From assembly GCA_964536975.1 (NCBI GenBank), contig CAZHYS010000003.1, positions 15,419-79,418 on the forward strand: a stretch of 64,000 bases of DNA, read 5' to 3'. The translations under genes and the position numbers were made by a program. The DNA comes from an uncultured Gammaproteobacteria bacterium (GTDB taxonomy: Bacteria; Patescibacteriota; Patescibacteriia; 2-01-FULL-39-33). Positions 46,971 through 55,941 of this stretch are shown one piece after another. The notes below the pieces were generated by a model, which made no database searches, was not told where the DNA came from, and saw nothing but the letters and a program-made list of their open reading frames with translations. Numbering within the stretch: position 1 is the first letter of the stretch; every line of letters begins with the position of its first letter.

Positions 46971-48053
46971 ATGAAGAAAAAAAATATTGAAGAATTAAAT
47001 AATGAATTTTTTGAAAAAGAAGATTCTGACGATGAATCTTTAAAACTTAAAGGGCCAATTATTAGTTATGGGGCGGACTACACTCTCGATTCAATTCGAC
47101 AGTACGTAAATGAGAGTAAGCAAATTATTGTACAGCCAAGCTTCCAAAGAAAATTTGTTTGGGATATAAAAAAGGCCAGCAAATTAATAGAATCTTTCAT
47201 TCTTGGTTATCCCGTGCCGAACATTTTGCTTGGGAGAGATCCTGATACTGAGGTCATGGAAGTAATAGATGGCCAGCAGAGAATTTTATCTATATGCGAC
47301 TTCTTTAAGGGCAGATTTAGAGACGAAAAAGTTTTTAAGTTAGCTGGCGATATTGACCAAAAATTTTTAAACAAAACCTTTGACGACCTAGATGAAGCTA
47401 TTCAAAAGAAATTAAGAAACGCGGTTTTGAAGGCTGTGGTCTTTGTCTATCCAAAAGATGACCCAAATATAAAATTTACAGCATTTCAACGTATTAACAC
47501 GGGGAGCGTTGTTTTAAACCAGCAAGAAATCAGAAACTGCATTTATGGGGGATCGTTAAATGATTTACTATTTAAAATAAATGAATACAACGAAGAATGG
47601 AGAGAACTCCTTGCTAAAAAACCGGATAAAAGAATGAAGGATGTAGAAACAATCTTGAGATTTTTTGCCGCTTACTTTAAAGGAAAAGATTATGAAAAGC
47701 CAATCACTAAATTTCTTAACGAATTTATGAATAAGAATAAAAATCTTTCTGAAGAAAAAGGAGCCGAATGGCAAGAATTATTTAACCAAACACTATCTAT
47801 CATTGTAAAAAATATTGGTAGCTCATTTCCCCGCACATCAAAATCAAAAACATTTAATAGAGCAGTTTTTGAATCTGTTATGACCGCCATAGCAGAACTG
47901 AAGAAAGAAAATAGGCTAAAAGTCAAATATTTAAAACGAAACTATACCAAACTAGTAGAAGATCCTAATTATCTTGATTCGGTAACTTCACAAACTTCCG
48001 ACAAGAAAAACTATAAAAACAGGATTGAAATAGCAATTAAAATGCTCTCGTGA
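46971..48053 (+). CDS. DUF262 (ParB/Srx-like NTPase/nuclease superfamily) domain protein
   Basis: The DGQQR motif (VIDGQQRILSI) is present. The ORF track starts at 46908, overlapping the RM gene stop. I use the ATG at 46971. Confidence 0.65.
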   Translation: MKKKNIEELNNEFFEKEDSDDESLKLKGPIISYGADYTLDSIRQYVNESKQIIVQPSFQRKFVWDIKKASKLIESFILGYPVPNILLGRDPDTEVMEVIDGQQRILSICDFFKGRFRDEKVFKLAGDIDQKFLNKTFDDLDEAIQKKLRNAVLKAVVFVYPKDDPNIKFTAFQRINTGSVVLNQQEIRNCIYGGSLNDLLFKINEYNEEWRELLAKKPDKRMKDVETILRFFAAYFKGKDYEKPITKFLNEFMNKNKNLSEEKGAEWQELFNQTLSIIVKNIGSSFPRTSKSKTFNRAVFESVMTAIAELKKENRLKVKYLKRNYTKLVEDPNYLDSVTSQTSDKKNYKNRIEIAIKMLS

Positions 48054-48063
48054 TTTTATATGT

Positions 48064-48624
48064 ATGAACGTTATTTTGGAAAGAAAAAAATATGTTGTTC
48101 GATTACTCGAGAATATAGAGAATTATCCTTCTACCAATCAATTCAAGCAAGAAATGATGACCTTTTCGTATGTTATAGTTTGTGGCGCTATTGAATTTAT
48201 GACAGAAACCATAATACAAGATTGGTTGAGTAAAACAATCAAACATCATAAAAGCTCATCCTACTATCGGGGGAGAAAATATGTTCAATATTTTTTAGAC
48301 ATTCAATCTCAAGCGCGAGAAAAAAATATTGACGATTTTCATAGTACAAACTTAGATAGCATTAGAAATCTTATTAAAGAGATGGCGGGAGAAACAGCGC
48401 GGAATAAATTTAATAACTTGTTTCAAAGTGCTCAAAACACTTTGGCATTGCAGCCGGATTTAAACGAGAGACTTAAACGAATTACCGATACTCGTCATTA
48501 TTTAGCCCACGGACAAAAAGTCCCAAATGATATACAACCCAATGTCCGGGAATTAAGAGAAGATTTTCTTTTTATATACAAGCATATTATAAATAATATC
48601 AAAAAATGTTTACCAAAAGTATAA
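48064..48624 (+). CDS. hypothetical protein, putative HEPN-like (Rx4H motif RHYLAH near C-terminus)
   Basis: It is alpha-helical with a C-terminal R-x4-H motif. It sits between the MTase and S subunit, like the abortive-infection and PrrC-like passengers of Type I loci. Confidence 0.35.
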   Translation: MNVILERKKYVVRLLENIENYPSTNQFKQEMMTFSYVIVCGAIEFMTETIIQDWLSKTIKHHKSSSYYRGRKYVQYFLDIQSQAREKNIDDFHSTNLDSIRNLIKEMAGETARNKFNNLFQSAQNTLALQPDLNERLKRITDTRHYLAHGQKVPNDIQPNVRELREDFLFIYKHIINNIKKCLPKV

Positions 48625-48631
48625 AATAACT

Positions 48632-50050
48632 ATGCAATATTCAGTTGTAAAATTCAAAGGAGTTTTAGTCGATAATGACATATTCAGATTCGATGCTGAT
48701 TATTTTTATCCAAAATCATACAACCTTTATAAAACGATAATAAATAAAAATTTTGCAAGAGTGAAAGAAAGTTTTAATGTTACAAAATTAGCTGGTTTTG
48801 AATACACCAAATATTTTACTGATCCAAATATCAATTCAGACGATTTCTATATTGTTTTAACCAGTAAGAATATTCAAAACGAAGAATTGGTCTTAAATGA
48901 ATATCTTAAAATTGACAAAAAAGTTGCTGACGAATTTTTGAAGCGTTCTAACCTTAAAAAAGGAGATGTTGTTTTGTCATATACTGGGGAATATAGAAGA
49001 GCATTAGTTCTAGAAGAGAACGATTTTCAACTTGGACCAAATATCTGCCTCATTCGTAGCAAAAATAAAAATATCGATTCTTATTATTTATCTACTTTTT
49101 TAAATTCTAACGCTGGTCAGCTTTTACTTGATCGTGAAAAAACACTTTCTGCACAACCTACTGTCGCGATGTCAAGAATAAGAGAAATACCAATTCCGGT
49201 GTTAGATATAGATTTTCAAAATCGAATTGGTGAAATTATTACATCATCAAAAACAAAAAGAAAATCTGCAAACAATCTCTATTTCCAAGCCGAACAATTA
49301 CTCCTTTCCGACTTGGGGCTTTTGGACTGGAAGCCAAAGCACGAACTGGCTTTTGTCAAAAACTTTTCCGCAACACAAGAATCCGAGCGTTTTGACGCAG
49401 AGTATTTTCAACCAAAATACGAGGAAATCGTTGATGCAGTGAAAAAATACAAAGGTGGATTTGATGAATTGGGCAATTTGGTAAAAATCAAAGACAAGAA
49501 TTTTACGCCCAAAGACAACGAGCAATACAAATACATTGAGCTTGCCAACATTTCATCAAACGGCGAAATAAATGGCTACATTGAAAATTTTGGCAATGAA
49601 CTGCCGTCAAGAGCGCGTCGTAAAGTACAAAAAGGCGATCTGATTGTTTCGTCCATTGAAGGATCACTTGAAAGTATTGCTTTAATAACGGAAGACTGGA
49701 AAAACGCTTTATGCTCCACCGGATTTTTTGCTGTCAATTCAGATAAAATTAATTCCGAAACCTTGCTTATTATATTAAAAACAAAAATCGGGCAATTGCA
49801 ACTAAAGAAAGGTTGCAAAGGAACAATTTTAACCGCTATCGGCAAAGAGGAATTGTCCAAAATAGTTTTGCCAAAAATTGATTCAAAAACGCAACAAGAA
49901 ATCAAAAAGAAAATAACTGAGATGTACGAAACGAAAAAATTATCTAAATCATTACTTGAAATTGCCAAGCGAGGCGTGGAAATGGGAATAGAAAAAGACG
50001 AGCAAGAAGCAGAAAAATGGATCAATAAAGAGGTTAAAAAAATTAATTAA
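48632..50050 (+). CDS. hsdS: restriction-modification specificity (S) subunit with two TRDs
   Basis: It has the HsdS/BcgIB-like duplicated target-recognition architecture and conserved spacer helices. Confidence 0.75.
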   Translation: MQYSVVKFKGVLVDNDIFRFDADYFYPKSYNLYKTIINKNFARVKESFNVTKLAGFEYTKYFTDPNINSDDFYIVLTSKNIQNEELVLNEYLKIDKKVADEFLKRSNLKKGDVVLSYTGEYRRALVLEENDFQLGPNICLIRSKNKNIDSYYLSTFLNSNAGQLLLDREKTLSAQPTVAMSRIREIPIPVLDIDFQNRIGEIITSSKTKRKSANNLYFQAEQLLLSDLGLLDWKPKHELAFVKNFSATQESERFDAEYFQPKYEEIVDAVKKYKGGFDELGNLVKIKDKNFTPKDNEQYKYIELANISSNGEINGYIENFGNELPSRARRKVQKGDLIVSSIEGSLESIALITEDWKNALCSTGFFAVNSDKINSETLLIILKTKIGQLQLKKGCKGTILTAIGKEELSKIVLPKIDSKTQQEIKKKITEMYETKKLSKSLLEIAKRGVEMGIEKDEQEAEKWINKEVKKIN

Positions 50051-50053
50051 CAT

Positions 50054-50950
50054 ATGTCCACCTACTACAACCCAAACAGAGACGCCTCTTGGAACTATGG
50101 CGGAAATAATTGGAAATTAAGCCGGTCAAAGATTGATTTGTTTTTGGAATGTCCAAGATGTTTTTATTTGGATAATAAACTCGGCACAAAGCGAGTGCCC
50201 GGATTCCCTTTTTCTATAAATAGCGCGGTGGATTATCTTTTAAAGCAGGAGTTTGATTCCTATCGTGTTAAAAACGAACAACATCCACTTCAAAAAGAAT
50301 ATGGTATAGATGCTCGGCCAATGTCGCACGCCGAGCTGGATGAATGGCGGCGGAATTTTGGCGGCGTCAGATATCTGCACGAACCGACCGGACTGTTGGT
50401 GACCGGCGCGATTGATGATTTGTGGGTGACTATCCCTCCCACCTCCCCTAGCCCCTCCTCGGGCAGGAGGGGAAAGTTAGAATATTCGGCAAACCCCTCT
50501 GTGTCTCCCCTTGGAAAGGGGAGAAAGTCAGAAGATTTGGCAAACCTCTCCGCGTCTCTCCTTGGAAAGGGGGGAAAGTTTGAGCCGGAATGTATTGTGG
50601 TTGATTATAAAGCTACAGCCAAAGATGAGGCCGTAAAGGAATTAGATAAAGAGTGGCAAGATGGCTACAAACGGCAAATGGAGGTGTACCAGTGGCTACT
50701 GCGGAAAAATGGTTTGAAAGTCTCTGATGTTGGTTATTTTGTTTATTGCACCGGCAAAATGGATCGCCAGGCTTTTGACAAGAAGATTGAATTTGATGTT
50801 AATTTAATTGAACATAGAGGTGATGATTCTTGGGTAGAGAAAACTCTTTTTGACATCAAGAAGTGTCTGGACGGCGACGTCATCCCGAAGTCTGGCAAAA
50901 GTTGTGATTGGTGCGCTTATTTCGCGGCCAGAAAAAAATCAGAAAAATAA
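50054..50950 (+). CDS. Cas4-like / RecB-family PD-(D/E)xK nuclease with 4-Cys cluster, carrying an in-frame insertion of CCTCC hairpin repeats
   Basis: The N-terminal CPRCFY and C-terminal CDWCAY form a CxxC pair. The core reads IVVDYK and the QxxxY-like motif is MEVYQWLL. The inserted repeats lie at 50440-50590 inside the frame. Confidence 0.55.
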   Translation: MSTYYNPNRDASWNYGGNNWKLSRSKIDLFLECPRCFYLDNKLGTKRVPGFPFSINSAVDYLLKQEFDSYRVKNEQHPLQKEYGIDARPMSHAELDEWRRNFGGVRYLHEPTGLLVTGAIDDLWVTIPPTSPSPSSGRRGKLEYSANPSVSPLGKGRKSEDLANLSASLLGKGGKFEPECIVVDYKATAKDEAVKELDKEWQDGYKRQMEVYQWLLRKNGLKVSDVGYFVYCTGKMDRQAFDKKIEFDVNLIEHRGDDSWVEKTLFDIKKCLDGDVIPKSGKSCDWCAYFAARKKSEK

Positions 50951-50974
50951 ATCTCCGGAGACATCTCCGGAGAT
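50951..50974. repeat. right boundary palindrome atctccggagac-atctccggagat
   Basis: It matches the left boundary at 44806-44841. Confidence 0.7.
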
Positions 50975-51058
50975 CGCCAGTTGATTTTTGGTGAATAATG
51001 TGAAAAGATTATAATTGGTAAGAATACAATTAATATATTGGTCGGTGATATTTTAATT

Positions 51059-51559
51059 ATGCATGACAAAGAAAAAAATTACGCTTTTATTGATAGCCAA
51101 AATCTGAACCTGGGAATTCAGAGCTTGGGGTGGAAGTTGGATTACAAAAGATTTAGGATTTATTTGCGGGAGAAGTATGGCGTTGAAGTTGCCTATTTGT
51201 TTATTGGCTATATACCAGGAAATCAGGATTTATATTCATCGCTTCAATCTTGCGGGTATGTTTTGGTTTTCAAGCCGACCATTCCCGATCAGAATGGAAA
51301 TATAAAAGGAAATGTTGATGCCGACTTGGTTTTGCAGGCGTTATTGGATTATGAAAAATATGACAAGGCAGTTATCATCACAAGCGATGGAGATTTTTAT
51401 TCTTTGGTTAAATACTTATATCGGCAGGGCAAATTAAAATTTGTCATGAGCCCATATATCAAAACTTGTTCCATATTGCTCAAGAAAACAGCACAAGAAA
51501 GAATTATTTTTATGGATAATCTAGAGAAAAAACTTAGTTATAATAAAAAACACCGCTAA
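51059..51559 (+). CDS. NYN/LabA-like PIN-fold domain protein (putative RNase)
   Basis: It has YAFIDSQNL, DADLV and ITSDGDF motifs typical of NYN domains. Confidence 0.6.
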   Translation: MHDKEKNYAFIDSQNLNLGIQSLGWKLDYKRFRIYLREKYGVEVAYLFIGYIPGNQDLYSSLQSCGYVLVFKPTIPDQNGNIKGNVDADLVLQALLDYEKYDKAVIITSDGDFYSLVKYLYRQGKLKFVMSPYIKTCSILLKKTAQERIIFMDNLEKKLSYNKKHR

Positions 51560-51670
51560 GGGATGAGGCCCGTAGAGGTATTTTTTATGTGTATTCTGAT
51601 TGTATTATAAAGCGTTTTATAAACTTTGTCAATAGCGGTAAATATTATTAAAATTAAACAATCAAATTCC

Positions 51671-51889
51671 ATGCGAAAATTGGAAAAACAAAACATCCGC
51701 AAGCTCGGCAAGACCGGCCGCGGCGCCAGCATCACCATCACCCTGCCGATTGAAATCATTCGTGATTTAAAATGGCGCGACGGCCAAAATGTTGTGGTCA
51801 CTCGGCGCGGTCAAGGAATCGCGATCAGCGACTGGCCGGCCTCCGCTAAAGCTTCGGCGAGCCGAGGGAAACCGCAAAATAAAAAATAA
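51671..51889 (+). CDS. small AbrB/MazE/SpoVT-like DNA-binding protein
   Basis: The sequence GKTGRGASITITLPIEIIRDLKWRDGQNVVV resembles the swapped-hairpin barrel. Confidence 0.4.
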   Translation: MRKLEKQNIRKLGKTGRGASITITLPIEIIRDLKWRDGQNVVVTRRGQGIAISDWPASAKASASRGKPQNKK

Positions 51890-51962
51890 TATTTTGTAAA
51901 TATAAGAAGTTATTGCATGCCCTTATTCGCGCGAATAGGAGAATAAGAAATATTTATATTTA

Positions 51963-52322
51963 GACCTCCCCTACCTCCTTCTCGTATTTTTATTACCCCT
52001 CATTGTTTGAAGGAGGGGTCGTCAAAATTGTAATCAGTTTGATTTTTCCTCCCCCTTGTTTGAAGGGGGAGGACAGGAGGGGGTGAAAAAATATTAATTA
52101 GACCTCCCCTTACCCCCTCCTTCAGACAAGGAGGGGGAAAAGATGCCAGCTCGGCTTCGCTCAGGGCAGGCTCCCTCCTCCATCCGCCAAAGGCGGACAA
52201 ATGGACAAGGAGGGGGAATAAATCCTGTATCTTTCCCTACCCCCCCCTCACCCCTAATTTTTAGCCCCTAACCCCTAATCGTTAAACGCTAACAGCTAAT
52301 CGCTAATTGCTAATCCCTGTCC
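51963..52322. repeat. cluster of CCTCC hairpin repeats + ctaatcgctaattgcta word repeats (left flank of helicase gene)
   Basis: There are at least 4 hairpin copies, and ccctaacccctaatcgttaaacgctaacagctaatcgctaattgctaatcc runs up to the ATG. Confidence 0.75.
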
Positions 52323-52324
52323 AA

Positions 52325-53992
52325 ATGACCCAAAACGAAGCGTTGGAAATTTTGAAGCTCGGCCACAATGTTTATCTCACCGGTTCGGCCGGCAGTGGCA
52401 AGACATATTTGCTCAACAAGTATGTCGGTTTTTTGAAATCCGCCGGCGCGTCAATCGGCATCACCGCTTCCACCGGCATTGCCGCCAGCCACATCGGCGG
52501 CGTCACCATTCATTCCTGGGCCGGCATCGGCATCAAGGATCGGTTGTCAAAAGGCGATCTCTCCGACTTGCGGCGCAACAACCGAGTGCATCATCGGCTG
52601 GCCAAGGCTGCGGTTCTTATTATTGACGAAATATCAATGCTGGATGCCAAGCGGCTGGATTTGGCGGATATAGTTTGCCGCCGGCTGCGTGAAGACGACC
52701 GGCCGTTCGGCGGCTTGCAAGTGGTGTTGTGCGGCGATTTTTTCCAGCTCCCGCCGGTGAACCGCGGCCCGGGAAAAACCGATTTCGCCCCCGCCTCGGC
52801 GGCTTGGCAAGAATTGGATTTGAAAGTCTGCTATCTGACCGAACAGCATCGCCAGACCGATGACGGCTTTTTGAAAGTTCTAAACGACATCCGCTCCGGC
52901 CTCGCCAATGACGAGACCAAAAAGATTTTAGCCAGCCGGCAGGATCGCGAACCGGCTGGCGATGTTTTTGCCACCAAGCTTTATTCGCACAATTTCAATG
53001 TTGACGCGGTTAATGATTTTCATCTGGCGCAAATAGACGAAGAATCAAGAGTGTATCCGATGTCCGGCTACGGCTCTCATCGGCTGATCGCCGATTTGAA
53101 AAAGAGCTGTCTGGCCAAGGAAGACTTGGAGCTCAAAGAGGGCGCCGCCGTGATGTTTGTCAAAAATAATTTTGAAGAGGGCTACACCAACGGCACGCTC
53201 GGAACGGTGGTCGGCTTTGACGAAGGGAGCGGTTATCCGGTAGTGCGGATAAAATCCGGCCGGAAAATAATCGCCTCGCCGGTTTCTTGGGCGTATGAAT
53301 TGGACGGCGAGGTGATAGCGGTCATCCGCCAGGTTCCCCTGCGATTGGCTTGGGCGATTACCATTCATAAGAGCCAAGGCATGAGCTTGGACGCGGCGGA
53401 AATTGATTTGAGCCGATCATTTGAACGGGGGATGGGCTATGTCGCCCTCTCGCGCGTGCGGTCGCTCTCCGGCATCAAGCTGCTCGGCCTCAATGATTTG
53501 GCGATCAGGGTAAACGAAGAAATACTTCGGCTGGATCAGGATTTGATGGCGCAATCGGAAACGCTCGCGGCCCAGATGCGTGCGGCTGATGGGGCGGAAA
53601 TCGGGGCGAGGCAGGCCGCTTTTTTGCGCGCCATTTCCTCGGCCGATGGGGAGAACAAAGGGGAGAGCAAAAAGGCTTCGCCCAAAAAAGCCAAAGGCGA
53701 AACATACCAAGAGACGAAAAAATTGGTGTTGCAAAAAATGTCCCTTGCCGATATGGCCGCCGCTCGCGGCCTGGTTGAGGGGACGATCATCAGCCATTTG
53801 GAAAAATTGTCGGCCGGCGACAAGCAGCTGGACTTAGATTATTTGCGGCCGGACAGTGATCGATTGGAAACGATCGGGGCGGCGTTTAAAAGGACTGGCG
53901 ACATCGCCCTGGCGCCGGTCCGCGATCTGCTTGGCGAGGATTTTTCTTTTGAGGAATTGCGTTTGGCCAGATTGGTTTTGCGCTTGCTTTAG
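52325..53992 (+). CDS. PIF1/RecD-family (AAA_30) ATP-dependent DNA helicase
   Basis: It has the Walker A motif GSAGSGKT, motif II LIIDEISM, and a C-terminal Pif1 2B/HTH-like region. Confidence 0.75.
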   Translation: MTQNEALEILKLGHNVYLTGSAGSGKTYLLNKYVGFLKSAGASIGITASTGIAASHIGGVTIHSWAGIGIKDRLSKGDLSDLRRNNRVHHRLAKAAVLIIDEISMLDAKRLDLADIVCRRLREDDRPFGGLQVVLCGDFFQLPPVNRGPGKTDFAPASAAWQELDLKVCYLTEQHRQTDDGFLKVLNDIRSGLANDETKKILASRQDREPAGDVFATKLYSHNFNVDAVNDFHLAQIDEESRVYPMSGYGSHRLIADLKKSCLAKEDLELKEGAAVMFVKNNFEEGYTNGTLGTVVGFDEGSGYPVVRIKSGRKIIASPVSWAYELDGEVIAVIRQVPLRLAWAITIHKSQGMSLDAAEIDLSRSFERGMGYVALSRVRSLSGIKLLGLNDLAIRVNEEILRLDQDLMAQSETLAAQMRAADGAEIGARQAAFLRAISSADGENKGESKKASPKKAKGETYQETKKLVLQKMSLADMAAARGLVEGTIISHLEKLSAGDKQLDLDYLRPDSDRLETIGAAFKRTGDIALAPVRDLLGEDFSFEELRLARLVLRLL

Positions 53993-54077
53993 CCGCTTGC
54001 GGCCGCTTGCCTGTTCGCCTGGCGAAACTAAATCATTGTTGTGGTATAATATAAGAATAAATTTGGTTAATTTTTTA

Positions 54078-54232
54078 ACCTCCCCCTACCCTCTCCTTTC
54101 CGCCCAAGGCGGACCGGCTACCCAGGAGGGGGAAGAAATATGGAATTTTTCCCTAATCGCTAATTGCTATCCTAAACGCTAATCGCCAACTCCTAACTCC
54201 TAATTCCTAACTCCTAATTTTTAACCCTAACC
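54078..54232. repeat. CCTCC hairpin + ctaatcgctaattgcta word repeats (right flank of helicase gene)
   Basis: The right flank has cctccccctaccc...tccgcccaaggcggac...ggagggggaag and then ccctaatcgctaattgctatcctaaacgctaatcgcc. Confidence 0.75.
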
Positions 54233-54234
54233 CC

Positions 54235-55164
54235 ATGCTACTCAAAATCAAAGAAGCGCTGTTCCGTCCGCTGGGCGGATTCGTGCCCGCGCCAATCAAG
54301 AATTTTTTCGCCCGGATCAGCCGGTCATTGTGGAAATTGGCGGTGGTCATAATTATCTTGGCTTCCGTTATTATTGTTTATAATGAGGCAATCTATCGGC
54401 TGGCGGATGACGACAGCGACTATTCGGATGAGGCGGTGAGCGAAGAAGAAACCGAAGCTGACGATTGCAATGTCATGGCTATAGAGCTTCATGGGTCGTT
54501 GCTTGACTATATTCCGCCGGAAAGCTTTGATACCGAGGGAAATCTTTTGTTTGATGAGACGGCTTCGGAAAATATTCTTGCCGCTATCAATTCCGCGCGT
54601 GACGACGAGAATATCAAAGCGGTTTTATTGGAAGTTGATTCTTACGGCGGTTCGCCTGTCGCCGGCGAAGAGGTGGCCAACGCTTTGAAAGGGTTGGACA
54701 AGCCGACTGTCGCCATGATTCGCAGTGGCGGGGCCTCGGGCGCCTATTGGGCGGCAACCGGCGCCGACAAGATATTCGCCTCGGCCAATTCCGATGTCGG
54801 CAGTATCGGCGTGACCATGTCTTATGTCAGCGAGGCCGACGAGGAGCTGGACGGAGGCTTGGTTTACAATCAATTGAGCGCCGGCAAATTCAAGGACTCC
54901 GGCGACCCGAACAAGTCGCTCTCCGCCGAGGAGAAAAAAATATTCATGCGGGATGTTAATATTATTCATGAAAATTTCATCGCCGCTGTCGTTGCCAATC
55001 GGAATCTGGATGCCGCCAAGGTGCGGGCGCTGGCCGACGGCTCCACCATGCTCGGGCAGATGGCGCTGGAGAATGGCTTGATTGACGCCATCGGCAGTTA
55101 TGACGAGGCAAAGGAGCATCTCAAAGAAATCATCGGCGAGGAAGCGATTCTCTGCTGGTATTAA
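54235..55164 (+). CDS. sppA: signal peptide peptidase SppA (S49 family, 36K type)
   Basis: It has an N-terminal TM helix and the motif LLEVDSYGGSP...SGGASGAYW...GSIGV. Confidence 0.8.
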   Translation: MLLKIKEALFRPLGGFVPAPIKNFFARISRSLWKLAVVIIILASVIIVYNEAIYRLADDDSDYSDEAVSEEETEADDCNVMAIELHGSLLDYIPPESFDTEGNLLFDETASENILAAINSARDDENIKAVLLEVDSYGGSPVAGEEVANALKGLDKPTVAMIRSGGASGAYWAATGADKIFASANSDVGSIGVTMSYVSEADEELDGGLVYNQLSAGKFKDSGDPNKSLSAEEKKIFMRDVNIIHENFIAAVVANRNLDAAKVRALADGSTMLGQMALENGLIDAIGSYDEAKEHLKEIIGEEAILCWY

Positions 55165-55181
55165 AATAATTTTTAAAAGCA

Positions 55182-55925
55182 ATGCCCATCCTGCTGACTA
55201 AAATAAAAAATCAGATAATTTGTGAATTTTTGCCGCCGGCCAAATCGTCAAATCAGGTGGTGATTTTTTGTTTTGGCATGCCTAGTTATCCTGGCCGGCG
55301 CAGCGAGCTAATGGAATTTTTTTCCAAACGAGGCTATTGGGTTTTTATTCCCCGCTATCGTGGCAGTTGGGAAAGCACGGGTAAATTTTTGGCCAAGTCG
55401 CCGCATCTTGATGTCATAGACATTATCAATCAATTGCCGAAAGGATTTAAAGATTTGTGGAGTGGCGAGAAAAAGAAAATTTTTTCGCCCCAAGTTTTTC
55501 TGATCGGCTCCAGTTTTGGCGGTCCGGCCGCGCTTTTGGCTTCGGCCGACAAGCGAGTCAAAAAAGTAGTTGCCCTAGCGCCGGTGGTGGATTGGCTGAC
55601 GGAAGGTCCGGCTGAACCGCTTGACCATTTAGCTCGGTTTGTTAAAAATGCCTTTACTGGCGCGTATCGTTCGGACGACGATATCTGGAAAAAATTGCGA
55701 GGTGGCAAATTTTATAGTCCGTCATTTTCAGCATCAAAACTCGTCGCCGATAAAATCATGATTTTTCACGCTCGGGATGATGAAGTGGTACCGTTTGGAC
55801 CGACCGCTGAACTGGCGCGAAAAATCGGCGCCAAGTTCGTCCCGCTTGAATCAGGCGGACACGGCTTAGCCAGGCGCATAATGGAGCCGTTTTTTTGGCG
55901 GAAGATCAATAAATTTTTAAAATAA
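55182..55925 (+). CDS. alpha/beta hydrolase (dienelactone hydrolase/prolyl oligopeptidase-like)
   Basis: It has GxSxG (LIGSSFGGPAA) and an Asp/His tail. Confidence 0.65.
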   Translation: MPILLTKIKNQIICEFLPPAKSSNQVVIFCFGMPSYPGRRSELMEFFSKRGYWVFIPRYRGSWESTGKFLAKSPHLDVIDIINQLPKGFKDLWSGEKKKIFSPQVFLIGSSFGGPAALLASADKRVKKVVALAPVVDWLTEGPAEPLDHLARFVKNAFTGAYRSDDDIWKKLRGGKFYSPSFSASKLVADKIMIFHARDDEVVPFGPTAELARKIGAKFVPLESGGHGLARRIMEPFFWRKINKFLK

Positions 55926-55941
55926 ATTTGTGAGAGAAAAA

